From Phoronis australis (lineage: Eukaryota > Animalia > Phoronida), in the NCBI GenBank assembly GCA_002633005.1, contig NMRA01000556.1, forward strand, positions 141,537 through 205,536: DNA of 64,000 nucleotides, given 5' to 3'. A program made the position numbers and the translations under genes. The notes under the pieces were generated by a model. The model saw only the letters and a list, made by a program, of their open reading frames with translations. It made no database searches and was not told where the DNA came from. This document shows, piece by piece, positions 51,546-63,491 of the stretch. Position 1 is the first letter of the stretch, and the number at the start of each line of letters is the position of its first letter.

Positions 51546-51736
51546 CAGTGGCGGATTTAGGGGGGGGNGCCCTGAACAAACCCCGTTTACCGTTTTTTTT
51601 TTAGTCAAAAGGTCCGCAAACCCAAAAATTAGAGTCCCTGCATCCTTACACTTTAAGCTGGGAGCGCGCATCTGCCGAAATTCTGGTTATTCATGTGCCC
51701 TGGCCCCCCTAACTCAAAATCCTGGGTCCGCCCCTG
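51546..51736. mobile_element. hAT-like MITE (family B copy 1) with perfect 5-bp flanking duplication
   Basis: ACTCA|CAGTGGCGGATTTAGG ... CCTGGGTCCGCCCCTG|ACTCA. A homologous copy lies at about 61208-61432. Confidence 0.8.
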
Positions 51737-54700
51737 ACTCACACAAGTTTTCCGGTCAAATCGCGGAATTTCATCCATGGTGCTGCTGCTGTAAACATCT
51801 GTGGATATCACATATAACTTGAAGGGAACTGGTTCTTTGGTCAAGGAATAGGACTAGATGAGTCTTATGAGTAGTTCTTTAAGTCACGTATGCTTTCTCA
51901 CACATGCGTTCTTCATATTTGTTTGTTAGCCTGATTTACTTACTAAGGCACTAGTAAAAAAATATTTGCGCCCGAGTCACTTTCAATTCGCCCTCTGCCT
52001 TCTTATAAGTAAGTCGCAGGCGTGTTTTCAGCTGATCGTCAGGCTTACCACATGCTTTTGGCGCAAGAAATTTTTGATATCAGTTATCCGTAAAACTCCA
52101 ATATGTACTGTAAGCTTATTGAAATAACACGCATGTATTAGCAACTAATGTCTGTGGGTCAAGATGGTGGACCATCACAATTCTTACATTTTACCGCGCC
52201 TTGATTGAATTGGATTATTATACAATACATATTCCCGCCTTACTCTGTGGAATTTAGGCCAATATGAGCCTCTTTGCAAAAATTACCGTGAACGCACATA
52301 TTTAGGCATGAGAACCTGCACGTGTGTCCGGAATTAGTCACGTGTACCTTTATAGCATATGCCACGCTCAAAGAAAAAAAAGACAAAAGATCAAGTTTTT
52401 GAGAAATAGCAGGAGATAGAGGCATGGATTACCTGTTCCAAAACTATGGATAGTTTGTTCATAATCAATTTAATACTACTTATTCAACAAAAGTCTTACA
52501 AATGGACGAAAGACACGCAGAAAACACCCAGTGTGTGGGTGCGAATTCATGGGATAGCCGCTTTCATCTGTTAATGAAGGTTGATTGCATGCGCATCTGT
52601 GACATTTATTTGGTGTTTTTCTTTAAAAAATCACATTACACGCATGTTTGATTTTTGCGTAAATAAAGTCAATACATTTATTTAGTTTTCTAGATCATAA
52701 GTTGATAAATCTTTTGCTGTCATCTTCATCGCCGTCGTCTACGTAATCCACGTCATCATGAGATGTGGTCATTCGTTTAGTACCTCAGAGTTGTCCTGCA
52801 GCCTCCTTTAGGACAAGATTTGACCGATGGACAACTCGAAAACCAAGGGATTTTTTTGCGACCTACTGTGTATGCCTAGTTCAACATTACAAATTGTCTA
52901 GTATTTCTCCCATTTTCTAATAGTTTTCTGATACAAATAACTCTTAGATTGCTGCTCACTGATTTCGATTTCCCTCTGTTCTTTTTTGGATAAAACGAAA
53001 TTTGTGTTGAACAGAATATCAATTCGTCGTCCAGACTAAAAAAAAAAAAAAAACACGACGGCTTTGATTGTTGGGAAACCTATGATTGTGCATACCAGCA
53101 TACTTAGGAAAACGGTATTGTAATGTGCAATTTCTACAATTTTAACAAACTTAATTAAATGAGGAATCACTGAATATGTAAAGTAGGTCACGTGGCGTTT
53201 TGTATAAATCTACGTCACAGATATAAGTTTTCCTTTTACTACATGTAAGTAAAATTCATTTTACAAACCACGATACCTATTGTGTTAACGCGAAAGTGAC
53301 ATGAAAATCCTACACTGTACGATTACTTAAAGGGAATTTCGTAGGATGCACACATTGCAGTGTGGGGGGAACAACGTCATTAAATTATAAAATTTCGTTG
53401 TTACAAATTTTAAGAGCATAACCATTATAAAGTGGTACGAAATTCAAATTCATTGGCGAATTAAAAATATAGACTACTTCCGATGAGACTTAAATTAAAA
53501 ACAAATAGTCTCGATGCTCACACCAACAAATATAAAACAAAATTTAGCCGTTGAAAGACGTCCACATCCAATTCATATTCGTGAGGTCACGTGATGGGCG
53601 GAGCTTGCTGGTGTGCTACAGAATTTATAGAACACGAGTAGGCGCGTGATCACTCCTTTGGAACATTCAATCGATAGAATGTCGGAATGGTCACAGCTCG
53701 CCAGGTATCGTACTTAGCTAAACTTGATCAAGATTGGCCGAGCATACTTTGTTGTTGCTTTTGAATAATTGGCTTCAAATCGTGTTTGTAACCACTGGTG
53801 TGTAGCTATTGGCGTGCAGTGTTTAATAACACTCGTCAAGCCTCGTCATACTTGCCAATTTTAAATTGTGTACGTATGTTTATTACTAGTTACTGATGTG
53901 TTACTGCTATGGTGACGAAGTCATTCGTTAAGTTTAAAATTTTGACGCAAAAATTTCAAACCTTCTCACAATAGCACACCCTTGGAATGATGTTACCAAA
54001 CTCACACTGGTTCTTACGAAGACTCTTGCTTATTATTCACTTCAGTTGTGAAGAACTTACTAAATGACTACACGTTCAGAGGAACTGGCGGTGCGATTTC
54101 CGAGTTCACTAGTGGGAGATTATTTAAGGTGTGCAGTTATTTATGTTTACGCTATTCCATGAGCAAATGTACACGTATCCTTGTGTACCTTTTGTATGTC
54201 TTGGGAAGAACAGACAGTTTGTTGTTGCTTGACAGACTGGCTTACTTATGAGACAAAAGCATTGTCAGAAAATAGACTACATGTAGTTCCGTTACTGAAC
54301 GATAGATGGAGAAACCAGTTGAGACACTGGAAAGGCAAACTTGCTTGACTTGTGGAGATGATTTGTTTGAAAGTAATTATTCGGTTTCGTCACCCTGATT
54401 TATTATTCAATATTAAGCTCAAACAGCCGATGGGAAGTACCGAGCCAAAACTGGACCAAGAAAAGGAAAAAATAACCAAATGGGAAGGACGCTTCTCAAA
54501 ACTTTTTAGGGACGTAATCAGTTTTACGGGCGAAAATGCACCTTTCGAGAATAATTGTTAGATGGGATGTTCATGTATAGTTTTCGAAGTAAGTAGCTTT
54601 GACCAAAGCTGTAAAACAACAACGTGCGTTGTGTCTTTGAGATTTCTCACTGTCGTCTGCTTCTGTCTATCAAGTTCAGTTAAATACACTTAAAATATTT

Positions 54701-55568
54701 TACCATTTACGTCATCGGGTTTGAATGAGCACATTAAAGCGTCGGCTTGCATCCGCTTGAGTTGTTGCTCTGTTCATTTTATTAAAACTTGAACTCCAAT
54801 TGTTTAAGATTTTTTGTTCTTTCTGTTTTTGTACTAACTCAAAATAAATATGTTAGGCTATATTACGTATTGGCTTACGTCATCAACTGCCTTATTGTAA
54901 TTTGCACTTAATGACACCGACGTTAAGGCTTAACTTCGAATGTGAAAAACGTTTGTTTTTTATTCGAAATATGGAGTTTTACTTGACTTTGTTGCTCGAC
55001 TAGATACTTGCATAATCTATAATGCACTCGAACGCAGAATAATAGGCACTGATGGCGACATTGCCTAAAATTTGAATAAAAAACGTCAAAACTAATTTCA
55101 AGGCCTATTAAAAGTATAAATGTTAGACCTCGCAACCAAGTTAATCCCCAAATCCTCCTTGTTAGGGTTATATCTACACCGAATAAGTGGCGCCTATTTA
55201 TGACTCTATCAATTTACGTTAATTGTGCATGTCGTGAATGCTTTTGGTCGAGGGATTTTCTACATGCGGTTCTAACAGAACCGGTCGTATGAAACAATAG
55301 ACGGAGTCGCAGATGTGCCAGTCAATTTTGAAATACTGTACTTTTGTTAAAATGTCTGAAATCGATCATCTGAGATGAGATTACTGTAAGTACAGGTCTA
55401 TTTATTGTAGACGCGAGTACATCGCAGGAACTATCGCCTTGCATTACAGCCCGCACGCGATCACACTAGCTTCCTTCGCGGAATCCCTGCATCTACGGAA
55501 GTCATCCCAGGACTGTTCCCATTTTAACTTCTAAAACTACGCATGTAGTCAGTCATATGTTATTTGCA

Positions 55569-56650
55569 CCATCATCATCATCGTCATCATCATCGTCATC
55601 ATCATCAATCATCATCAACCATCATCATCGTCATCATCATCGTCATCATCATCNNNNNNNNNNNNNNNNNNNNNNNNNNNNNNNNNNNNNNNNNNNNNNN
55701 NNNNNNNNNNNNNNNNNNNNNNNNNNNNNNNNNNNNNNNNNNNNNNNNNNNNNNNNNNNNNNNNNNNNNNNNNNNNNNNNNNNNNNNNNNNNNNNNNNNN
55801 NNNNNNNNNNNNNNNNNNNNNNNNNNNNNNNNNNNNNNNNNNNNNNNNNNNNNNNNNNNNNNNNNNNNNNNNNNNNNNNNNNNNNNNNNNNNNNNNNNNN
55901 NNNNNNNNNNNNNNNNNNNNNNNNNNNNNNNNNNNNNNNNNNNNNNNNNNNNNNNNNNNNNNNNNNNNNNNNNNNNNNNNNNNNNNNNNNNNNNNNNNNN
56001 NNNNNNNNNNNNNNNNNNNNNNNNNNNNNNNNNNNNNNNNNNNNNNNNNNNNNNNNNNNNNNNNNNNNNNNNNNNNNNNNNNNNNNNNNNNNNNNNNNNN
56101 NNNNNNNNNNNNNNNNNNNNNNNNNNNNNNNNNNNNNNNNNNNNNNNNNNNNNNNNNNNNNNNNNNNNNNNNNNNNNNNNNNNNNNNNNNNNNNNNNNNN
56201 NNNNNNNNNNNNNNNNNNNNNNNNNNNNNNNNNNNNNNNNNNNNNNNNNNNNNNNNNNNNNNNNNNNNNNNNNNNNNNNNNNNNNNNNNNNNNNNNNNNN
56301 NNNNNNNNNNNNNNNNNNNNNNNNNNNNNNNNNNNNNNNNNNNNNNNNNNNNNNNNNNNNNNNNNNNNNNNNNNNNNNNNNNNNNNNNNNNNNNNNNNNN
56401 NNNNNNNNNNNNNNNNNNNNNNNNNNNNNNNNNNNNNNNNNNNNNNNNNNNNNNNNNNNNNNNNNNNNNNNCCACCACCAAAACCATCACCATCATCATC
56501 ATCATCAGCATCATCACCATCATCATCATCATCATCATTACCATCATCATCATCATCCATCATCATCATCCATCTTCATCATCATCAGCATCATCCATCA
56601 TCATCACCATCATCATCATCGTCATCATCAACATCATCATCATTGCCAAC
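55569..56650. repeat. (CAT)n microsatellite spanning an assembly gap (N 55654-56471)
   Basis: Read directly from the sequence. Confidence 0.95.
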
Positions 56651-56994
56651 ATAATCTTCGTCGTTGTCGTCAATGTTGTCGTCTTAGCCGATTTTCCAAA
56701 CTCACTACCCGGCCAGACGGAGACAAGGTCTTTTGTCAGCCTCGTCCCCAAGCCTCAAGATGACGGTCATCGGTTTACCTAAACTGATCAGCGCAATCTT
56801 GAGGCTGGTCTTCTGTGAAGAGCTGTTCAGTTCCACCTATATCCGTTGACACGTACAGCGCCACCTATACTGAAAAGTGGTCCTGTTGAAACATGAACGA
56901 CACAAGGAATTCCGTGTGTGGGCATCAATGCGCATGCTTGGTTGGAAGTTTATCGATCACATCGCCACCACTTGCTTACGCTTTCTATGTATTG

Positions 56995-57965
56995 CTGTGG
57001 CGGATCTAGGATATCACAGGGGGGGGGCAACATTTTGTCCGGCTGTAAGCATTCGCGCAAACCACGATTGTAGATGCGTATAGCACCGAATGGGGGGAGG
57101 TCGGGAGGGGGATTTGCCCTACTCCCGACCAGGATTTTTTTTCTTTAAAAATCAAGCATTTTCCTTGATTCCTGAAGTATTATCCAAGAAAAAAAGGCAA
57201 AGCACCACGGAGAACGTGTCAAACAGGAAAAACTACATGTTTCACAGAATCGAACTCACGACCTGGCGGATAGAGCGCGCGTGCTTTACCACTACACCAC
57301 CACGATTTAACTCCTAATCTGGTACTAAAAGACCTATTTGCTTATGGTCCACAGCGTTTGCGCGCGAAACCTACTTCTTTTTGTAATGCTTATTACACGT
57401 TTTATATTTTGTGCAATCGCTTGTTTTTAACAAATTTGTTGTATAAAATAGTCTTCAAATGCCCAAAAGATCAAATCCGTGTTGGCAATAATGACGGGAT
57501 TGCTTTGGAAATCGTCTTAAGTTAAGGTTTGACAAAGAGAGAATTATGAGTTTCTGAGTGATTCACTAAGGTTTCGATTAAAATTCACATCTTACCAGCA
57601 GCTTCTGTTTTTTTCATCGTCACTCAGGTTCCATTTTCTTTAAAAAATGAAGTAAATTTTCTTCATTGCACAGTGGAGCAGACGACGGAAACGGAGTCAT
57701 AATGCGCAGCGCCACAACCGGTCGCCTGGGATATCGCAGGAGAGCCTATACTTAGCCATAGTTCCGTTACGGATGCGCCGTGTTCCGAATTTGACCCCCC
57801 TCCTCCCCCCAACACTAAACTGAACACATTTCAATCTTGTTTCATCTGTATAATTTTAATTACCGGGGTTAATTAATAAACTAAACATTTCCCTAAGCTC
57901 TTGCTGTTTTATTTTTTGCGGCAGCCAAGGGGGGGGGGGGCGCTGCCCCCCTAAATCCGCCTATG
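56995..57965. mobile_element. Non-autonomous TIR DNA transposon (family A copy 1, ~970 bp)
   Basis: Ends CTGTGGCGGATCTAG and CTAAATCCGCCTATG, flanks TATTG and TACTG. Colinear and highly similar to 62533-63491. Confidence 0.85.
57245..57304 (-). other. tRNA-like Pol III A-box/B-box module inside family A element (second copy at ~62756-62810)
   Basis: The minus strand reads GTGGTGTAGTGGTAAAGCAC...GGTCGTGAGTTCGATTC. The T-stem and acceptor stem are broken, so this is not a functional tRNA. Confidence 0.6.
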
Positions 57966-58324
57966 TACTGTACTTGTTTGGGCTCAGCTACGGGATCGGG
58001 GTTGCCTTGATTCCGTTGACTACGATTAGTGCAACTATTTAAGTCAAAGGTGGTCGCCATACTACGTACGTAACAGTAAACTGGGGCGGATTTCCCAGAT
58101 TTCAACCAATGGGAATGACTGAATGTTATGACGTCGGTTTCATTACTTTAACCAATTAGAAGCCATGAAAAACAATATTCCAAAGTGCTACAGCGACTGT
58201 GAAAGGGTGTACCCCACCTACAAATTTTATGCAATGCGGCGTTTAGAATCTCCTCGCTAACAACGGCAGATGATATGAGTAGTGAGGTAATCAGCAGTAA
58301 TACATGTCCATGTCTTTCTTGTAG

Positions 58325-58527
58325 AAGGTTTGGAACGAAGTGCGCTTCGTGTGACAAGGGAATACCTCCGACACAAGTGGTTCGTAGGGCCCAAGATCAC
58401 GTATACCATCTGGAATGTTTTGCGTGCATCGTCTGTAACCGGCAATTGAATACCGGGGACGAATTTTACCTTCTCGACGACAGAAAACTCGTTTGCAAGC
58501 CAGACTATGAAACGGCTAAACAAAGAG
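58325..58527 (+). CDS. Lhx3: Lhx3/4 exon, LIM domain 2
   Basis: Acceptor CTTTCTTGTAG and donor G|GTTGGT enclose 203 nt. Encodes [67 protein letters not shown]. Phases 2 and 1 fit both neighbouring exons. Confidence 0.97.
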
Positions 58528-59650
58528 GTTGGTCGCACAATTTTACTGTACTTTAAAATCATGAACATGAACGAAATAGTGGCCAAAACTTGTATGCGTG
58601 AAATACATTTGACGATATTAGAAGTAACATCTACTCATTACACCACGCTAAATACGCGGGTCACACTGTGCTGTCCTCAACAGACCCGAAAATGTTTAGA
58701 TAGATATATTTCAAGGTCATCACTTCGTTACTACAGGTATTTTAACGATTTATCAAATACTTGAAATGCCCATGTCTGGAACGCCGTAATACTGTGTCTA
58801 TGCTTTACGCAAGAATTATAGGGAATTTTAGACAACACAAAAATGGACCAAAGCTCGGAAGCGACACCAGCATTGGTATTACAAACAAAGTTAACTTTTA
58901 TAGAAGCCAAAAAATATAAATCACAACTTTTATAAAATAGTTTCCCGACCTTTGCCCACCCGCGTGGCTCCTACTATTGGTTGTTGATGGTTGACTGGCT
59001 CCGGCCTGCGAAAATTCCGTCGCCCTCTGCCGGTGTTCATAGCAACAACTTGTTTTTTACCCAGACCCACCTGGAATAAAGCCAAGAACCCATCTTTGGA
59101 TGGACCAGGAGGGGTGAGATTATTGTTTGCTGATGATCTGGGGCTTTCATCTGTTGTCTATAAACACCTGAGGACGGAGAACCGCAGATTTTTTTTTGCG
59201 GAATAACCAGTAACTCATCAATACCTATTAGTTGCGCAAAGTCGGGAAAAGTTTCTTACAGCAAGTACACCTGTACCAGAAGTTGTGATTTATAAATTTT
59301 TGCATCTAGTTATGCACCTTGATGAATGGCAATGTCCATCTTATGCTTAATTACAGGTAGCGTTCCTAAATACACGTGATGGAATGGATGTCTCAAAGGG
59401 AAGATTCAGCCCTGCTAATAACATTTATTACAATTTGAACTTGTTAGCAATTCTAGTTTCGGTTGCATTTGTGTGGCCGATTTATTAACAGGGGCTACCT
59501 CCGACGGTTTGCCAAATTCTAAACATGTAGATTTTTTTGATGACTGATTTATGAAGGCACATTTGTCTTACGATAAACTGTTATAGTTGTAACTACTGCT
59601 TTAAATAGTTACCGATAATTAATGTCATTTTAAAACTGCTGTTATTGCAG

Positions 59651-59853
59651 AATATGAGCTAGACGCTGCCAACAAAAGACCGCGAACCACAATAGCCGCG
59701 AAGCAATTGGAAGCCCTGAAACGAGCGTACAACGAGAGCTCTAAGCCAGCCCGCCATGTTAGAGAACAACTTAGCGCGGAAACAGGTCTTGACATGCGCG
59801 TTGTTCAAGTTTGGTTTCAAAATAGGCGAGCAAAAGAGAAAAGACTTAAAAAG
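59651..59853 (+). CDS. Lhx3: Lhx3/4 exon, complete homeodomain
   Basis: Acceptor TTATTGCAG and donor AAG|GTATTG (phase 0). Encodes (E)[67 protein letters not shown]. Confidence 0.97.
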
Positions 59854-60513
59854 GTATTGCTGCTGTTGAATTATTTATTTATTAACTGTCGTAATTGATG
59901 ACAATTTTACTCAGTCGGGAAGGCCTTTTTAAATTTCTAGAAAGCAGCGATGATACTTTAGAATTGTGCAGAATCTTATTTTAAAGCATTGAGCATTTAG
60001 CAAAACATCTGCAAATCTACTGACATTGACTCAGTAAATATCTAAAATGCCGTTTCATTTTAAAGTTATGCAGCCATTTCAGAGATACGACTCCCCGAAT
60101 GTAGCCAAATTTATAAATTTTTCTGAGGTCCTACATAACCTTAAACGGACACTGTACCACCCCGTTTTGGCGATTTCAGCTGAGGAAAAACTAATTATGT
60201 CACCTAGTAAATATCACGACTATTACCATCTGTGAGACATTTAAGTTCAGCTAAAACACTTATCAAGAAAAGAAAGAAAACGATAGTATTCAGTTTCTCT
60301 AGACTGTCACCAAAGTTTGTAATTTAATGCTCTTTTCTCGCTTTATCACCCTAGATCCGCCACGGTACGTTCTATTTTGGTCAGCTGCCACATATACATA
60401 CTTCAGTGTCGACCTTATCTGCAGTCAAAGCGTTCGCTTCCTTTACTCAAACTATTTTATGGATTCGAGCCCTGGCTTTATCTATATGTGAATAAAGCAC
60501 GATCAGTGAAATG

Positions 60514-60632
60514 GACCCACTTGAGTGGCCTGCGCACGTCTGATAATACGCGTGGGCCCGCCTGAGTGGGCTGCGCACGTCTGGTACAACGTGTAGGCCC
60601 ACTTGACTTGCTTACGCACGTCTGGTACACCG
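60514..60632. repeat. Degenerate ~40-bp tandem repeat x3
   Basis: Units of the form CCCACTTGAGTGG..TGCGCACGTCTG.TA..CG.GT. Confidence 0.75.
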
Positions 60633-60858
60633 TGTTCCACATCGCCTGCAATTATTTTATCATTTCATTGTCTCGATATTCACGTTATTGTTCTGCACTA
60701 CACTAATTTATGTTTTGATAATATGCCGGAAGTGAGAAAAGGAAGCGACGCAGACGATTAGATTTACACGGTACGGAAGTGCGGTCAGCGTCTTTGTGAA
60801 CAACACAAATCATAGGCGATTAAAGGTGAGTTATAACGAGACGTGTTTTCCATTTTAG

Positions 60859-60982
60859 GATGCCGGCCGACAGCGATGGAACCCTTACTACCGTAACCCA
60901 ATGAAACGCGGCCCTGAATCAGACGGTGGTCTATCGGCAGACGACACTAACTCAGACTGCGCCATTGATATGTCGTATCAAC
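60859..60982 (+). CDS. Lhx3: Lhx3/4 exon, post-homeodomain (gene continues beyond the window)
   Basis: Acceptor TTTTCCATTTTAG and donor C|GTAAGT. Encodes DAGRQRWNPYYRNPMKRGPESDGGLSADDTNSDCAIDMSYQ. DAGRQRW directly continues KRLKK, as in vertebrate Lhx3/4. Confidence 0.93.
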
Positions 60983-61207
60983 GTAAGTGTAAGATGAATT
61001 GTAAAAATATGGAAGAAAGTTGGAGCTCTTTATATTGGCCTGTTCTTTGCATATGCAAATTTTTGTATTTCTTTTCATATCGGCACTTCGTTTAGGAAAG
61101 GGGCATTAAACCCGCGCTTTCTGTCCGAAAACGGTTTGATTTAGGCCACCCACTAAAATTCTGCCAGATACCATTTGGCAGATCGGGATGCGAATTGCTG
61201 ACTAGCA

Positions 61208-61432
61208 CATGTGCGCACCCTGGGAGTTCGGGGGGGGGGGGNNNNNNNNNNNNNNNNNGAATGCACAATGCAAACGCCTTGAACAAACCCCGTTTACCCT
61301 TTTTTAGTAATAAGGTCCACAAACTCAGAAATTTGAGACCCCTGCAATTTAGGCCGAGCGCACGCATGTGGCAAAATTCTGGTTATTCCTGTGACCTGGT
61401 CCCCCTAACTCAAAATCCTGGATCCGCCCCTG
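61208..61432. mobile_element. hAT-like MITE (family B copy 2)
   Basis: Shares TGAACAAACCCCGTT..., AAGGTCC.CAAAC and CCCCCTAACTCAAAATCCTGG.TCCGCCCCTG with 51546-51736. The left end is degenerate and contains Ns. Confidence 0.75.
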
Positions 61433-62532
61433 TTGTGGACTTTTGTCTCGTTAACTCGGAATTTTGTTTCACTGAGGCGGACCTTTTTGCCCAATTCGCC
61501 AAATTGGGGGGAGGGGGGTGGCAGTGGGAGGTTGGTTGGACAGTCCGAAGGGTCGAGAGCTTGAAATGAATGGCAGTAGTCCACCAGAAGGATCGGTAGT
61601 TCAATGAGTAAACCATGCTTGAAATGGATGATCAGGCACACCCAGTCATTAAAAATTACTCAATGCTAATTGGATCGCTACATACAGTGCGGATTCTTAG
61701 CAATGTTATGGGGTTGCTCAGTACGCCTGCACTGTACGCGTACATTTGAAATTTTGTACTGAACTGTAACATTTGCGTTTGCGGCGATGAAGATATGCTG
61801 GTTCAAATGTCATTGCTCATGTCAATTGGTGTTTTTGTGCTTATGGAGTGATGAAATATGCTTTCATTGTTAGCCGAGTATGGCATGCAGTTATGCTTGG
61901 CATTCATGTCTCCGAAAGAACGCTTTTATTTCCATTAGCGGACGTTCAGAAATGTAAAAACACTCGTTATTTCGGACATTTCAGAAATTTAAGCAGGAGT
62001 GTTCGTTTGAATTTTAATTCAAATTTAAATCAAACGAAAGTTTATCACCTTGCTACAGTATATTTTCACGCTTCTATGTCCGCAAGAGATAGCTAAAACC
62101 TATAACCGGATTTGAGCTTACCTGTCTTTTTGGTGGCTCTGATTAGCAAACCCACACACCCAGCGTGTTGCCGGGAGTTTCCTCTGATCGTTTCCCCAGC
62201 AATATTTTGCAGCAACTCCTGCTCACATCGAAGTGGCGAGGATCGATCAACAAAAGGGTTTGTTGATTGAACGTGTGATTTACTGTCATTCTTCCCATTT
62301 AAACTCATACCATTGATATATCTTACTTGACTAAACTAAACCTGCGCCTCCCGTCATCAAAACTAACATAAATTCAGAACTTTAACCGTTTCGATACATG
62401 GCATAATTGATTTCTTAGTCAAGTACCGACAGTTTGTTTTAGACTAACCGAGATCACACTCTTCAAGTCTGCCTGTCAGTCGGTCTGCTTCATGAGTCCG
62501 GTATGGTCTCTAGTGATAACGCGCAGTTAACA

Positions 62533-63491
62533 CAGTGGCGGATCTAGGATGTCACAAACGGGGCCCAACATTTTGTCTGTAAGCATTTGCGCAAACTACG
62601 ATTGAAGATGGGCATTGCACCAAATGGGGGGAGGTCCCGACCAGGAAATTTTTCTGTTTTTTCCCCTAAAAATCAAGCATTTTCTTTGATTCCTGAAGTA
62701 TTATCCAAGAAAAAAGGCAAGAAAAAACACGGAGAACATGTCAAACAGGGAAAACTAGAACTCACGACCTGGTGGTTAAAGCGCGCGTGCTTTACCACTA
62801 CACCACCACGATTTTACTCCTAGCTCGATACTAAGAGACCTACAAGTACTTGTTTATGGTCCACAGAGTTTGCGCGCGAAACCTACTTCTTTTGTAATGC
62901 TTATTAGACGTTTTATATTTTGTGTAATCGGTTCGTAAAAAATTGTTGTATTTGAAATAGTCTTCAATTGCCCAAAAGACCAAATCCATTTTTCGTGTTG
63001 GCAATAATGACGGGATTGCTTTGGAAATCGTTTTAAGCTAAGGTTTGACAAAGAGAGAATTATGAGTTCCTGAGTGATTCACTAAGGCTTCGATTAAAAT
63101 TCACATTTTACCAGCAGCTTCTGTTTTTTCATCGCCACTCAGCTTCCTTTTTCTTTAAAAAATGAAACAATTTTCTTCATTGCACAGTGGAGCAGACGAC
63201 GGAAACGGAGTCGTAGTGCGCAGCGCTTTTGCCGGTCGCCCGGGATATCGCGAGAGAGCCTATATTTAGCCATAGTTCCGTTAGGATTGCGCCGTGTTCC
63301 AAATTTGACACTTGAAATTGGATCTGAGCCCCCCAACACTAAAACTGCACACATTTAAATCTTGTTTCATCCTACAATTTTAATTAACGGGGTAAATTAA
63401 TAAACTCAACATTTCCCCACGCTCTTGCTGTTTTACTTTTTTGCGGCAGCCAAGTGGGGGGGGGGGGGGGGACCCCCAAAATAAGCCTATG
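62533..63491. mobile_element. Non-autonomous TIR DNA transposon (family A copy 2, ~960 bp)
   Basis: CAGTGGCGGATCTAG ... GCCTATG, with flanks TAACA and AAACA. Colinear with 56995-57965 in the same orientation. Confidence 0.85.

Noticed and set aside
51544-51550. CACAGTG (RSS heptamer) at the start of elements at 51544 and 62531, suggesting RAG/Transib termini
   Set aside because: The leading CA belongs to the flanking duplication. The opposite ends do not finish in CACTGTG and no nonamer is visible.
55557-56763. Long 300-400 aa ORFs (poly-His/Ser/Met/Asp)
   Set aside because: Artefacts of a (CAT)n microsatellite and an 818-N assembly gap.
58160-58260. AG|..MKNNIPKCYSDC, resembling the start of a duplicated LIM1 exon
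   Set aside because: Similarity is limited to IPKC. There is no C-x2-C spacing and no WH motif, and an early stop follows. The true LIM1 exon is at 42017-42191.
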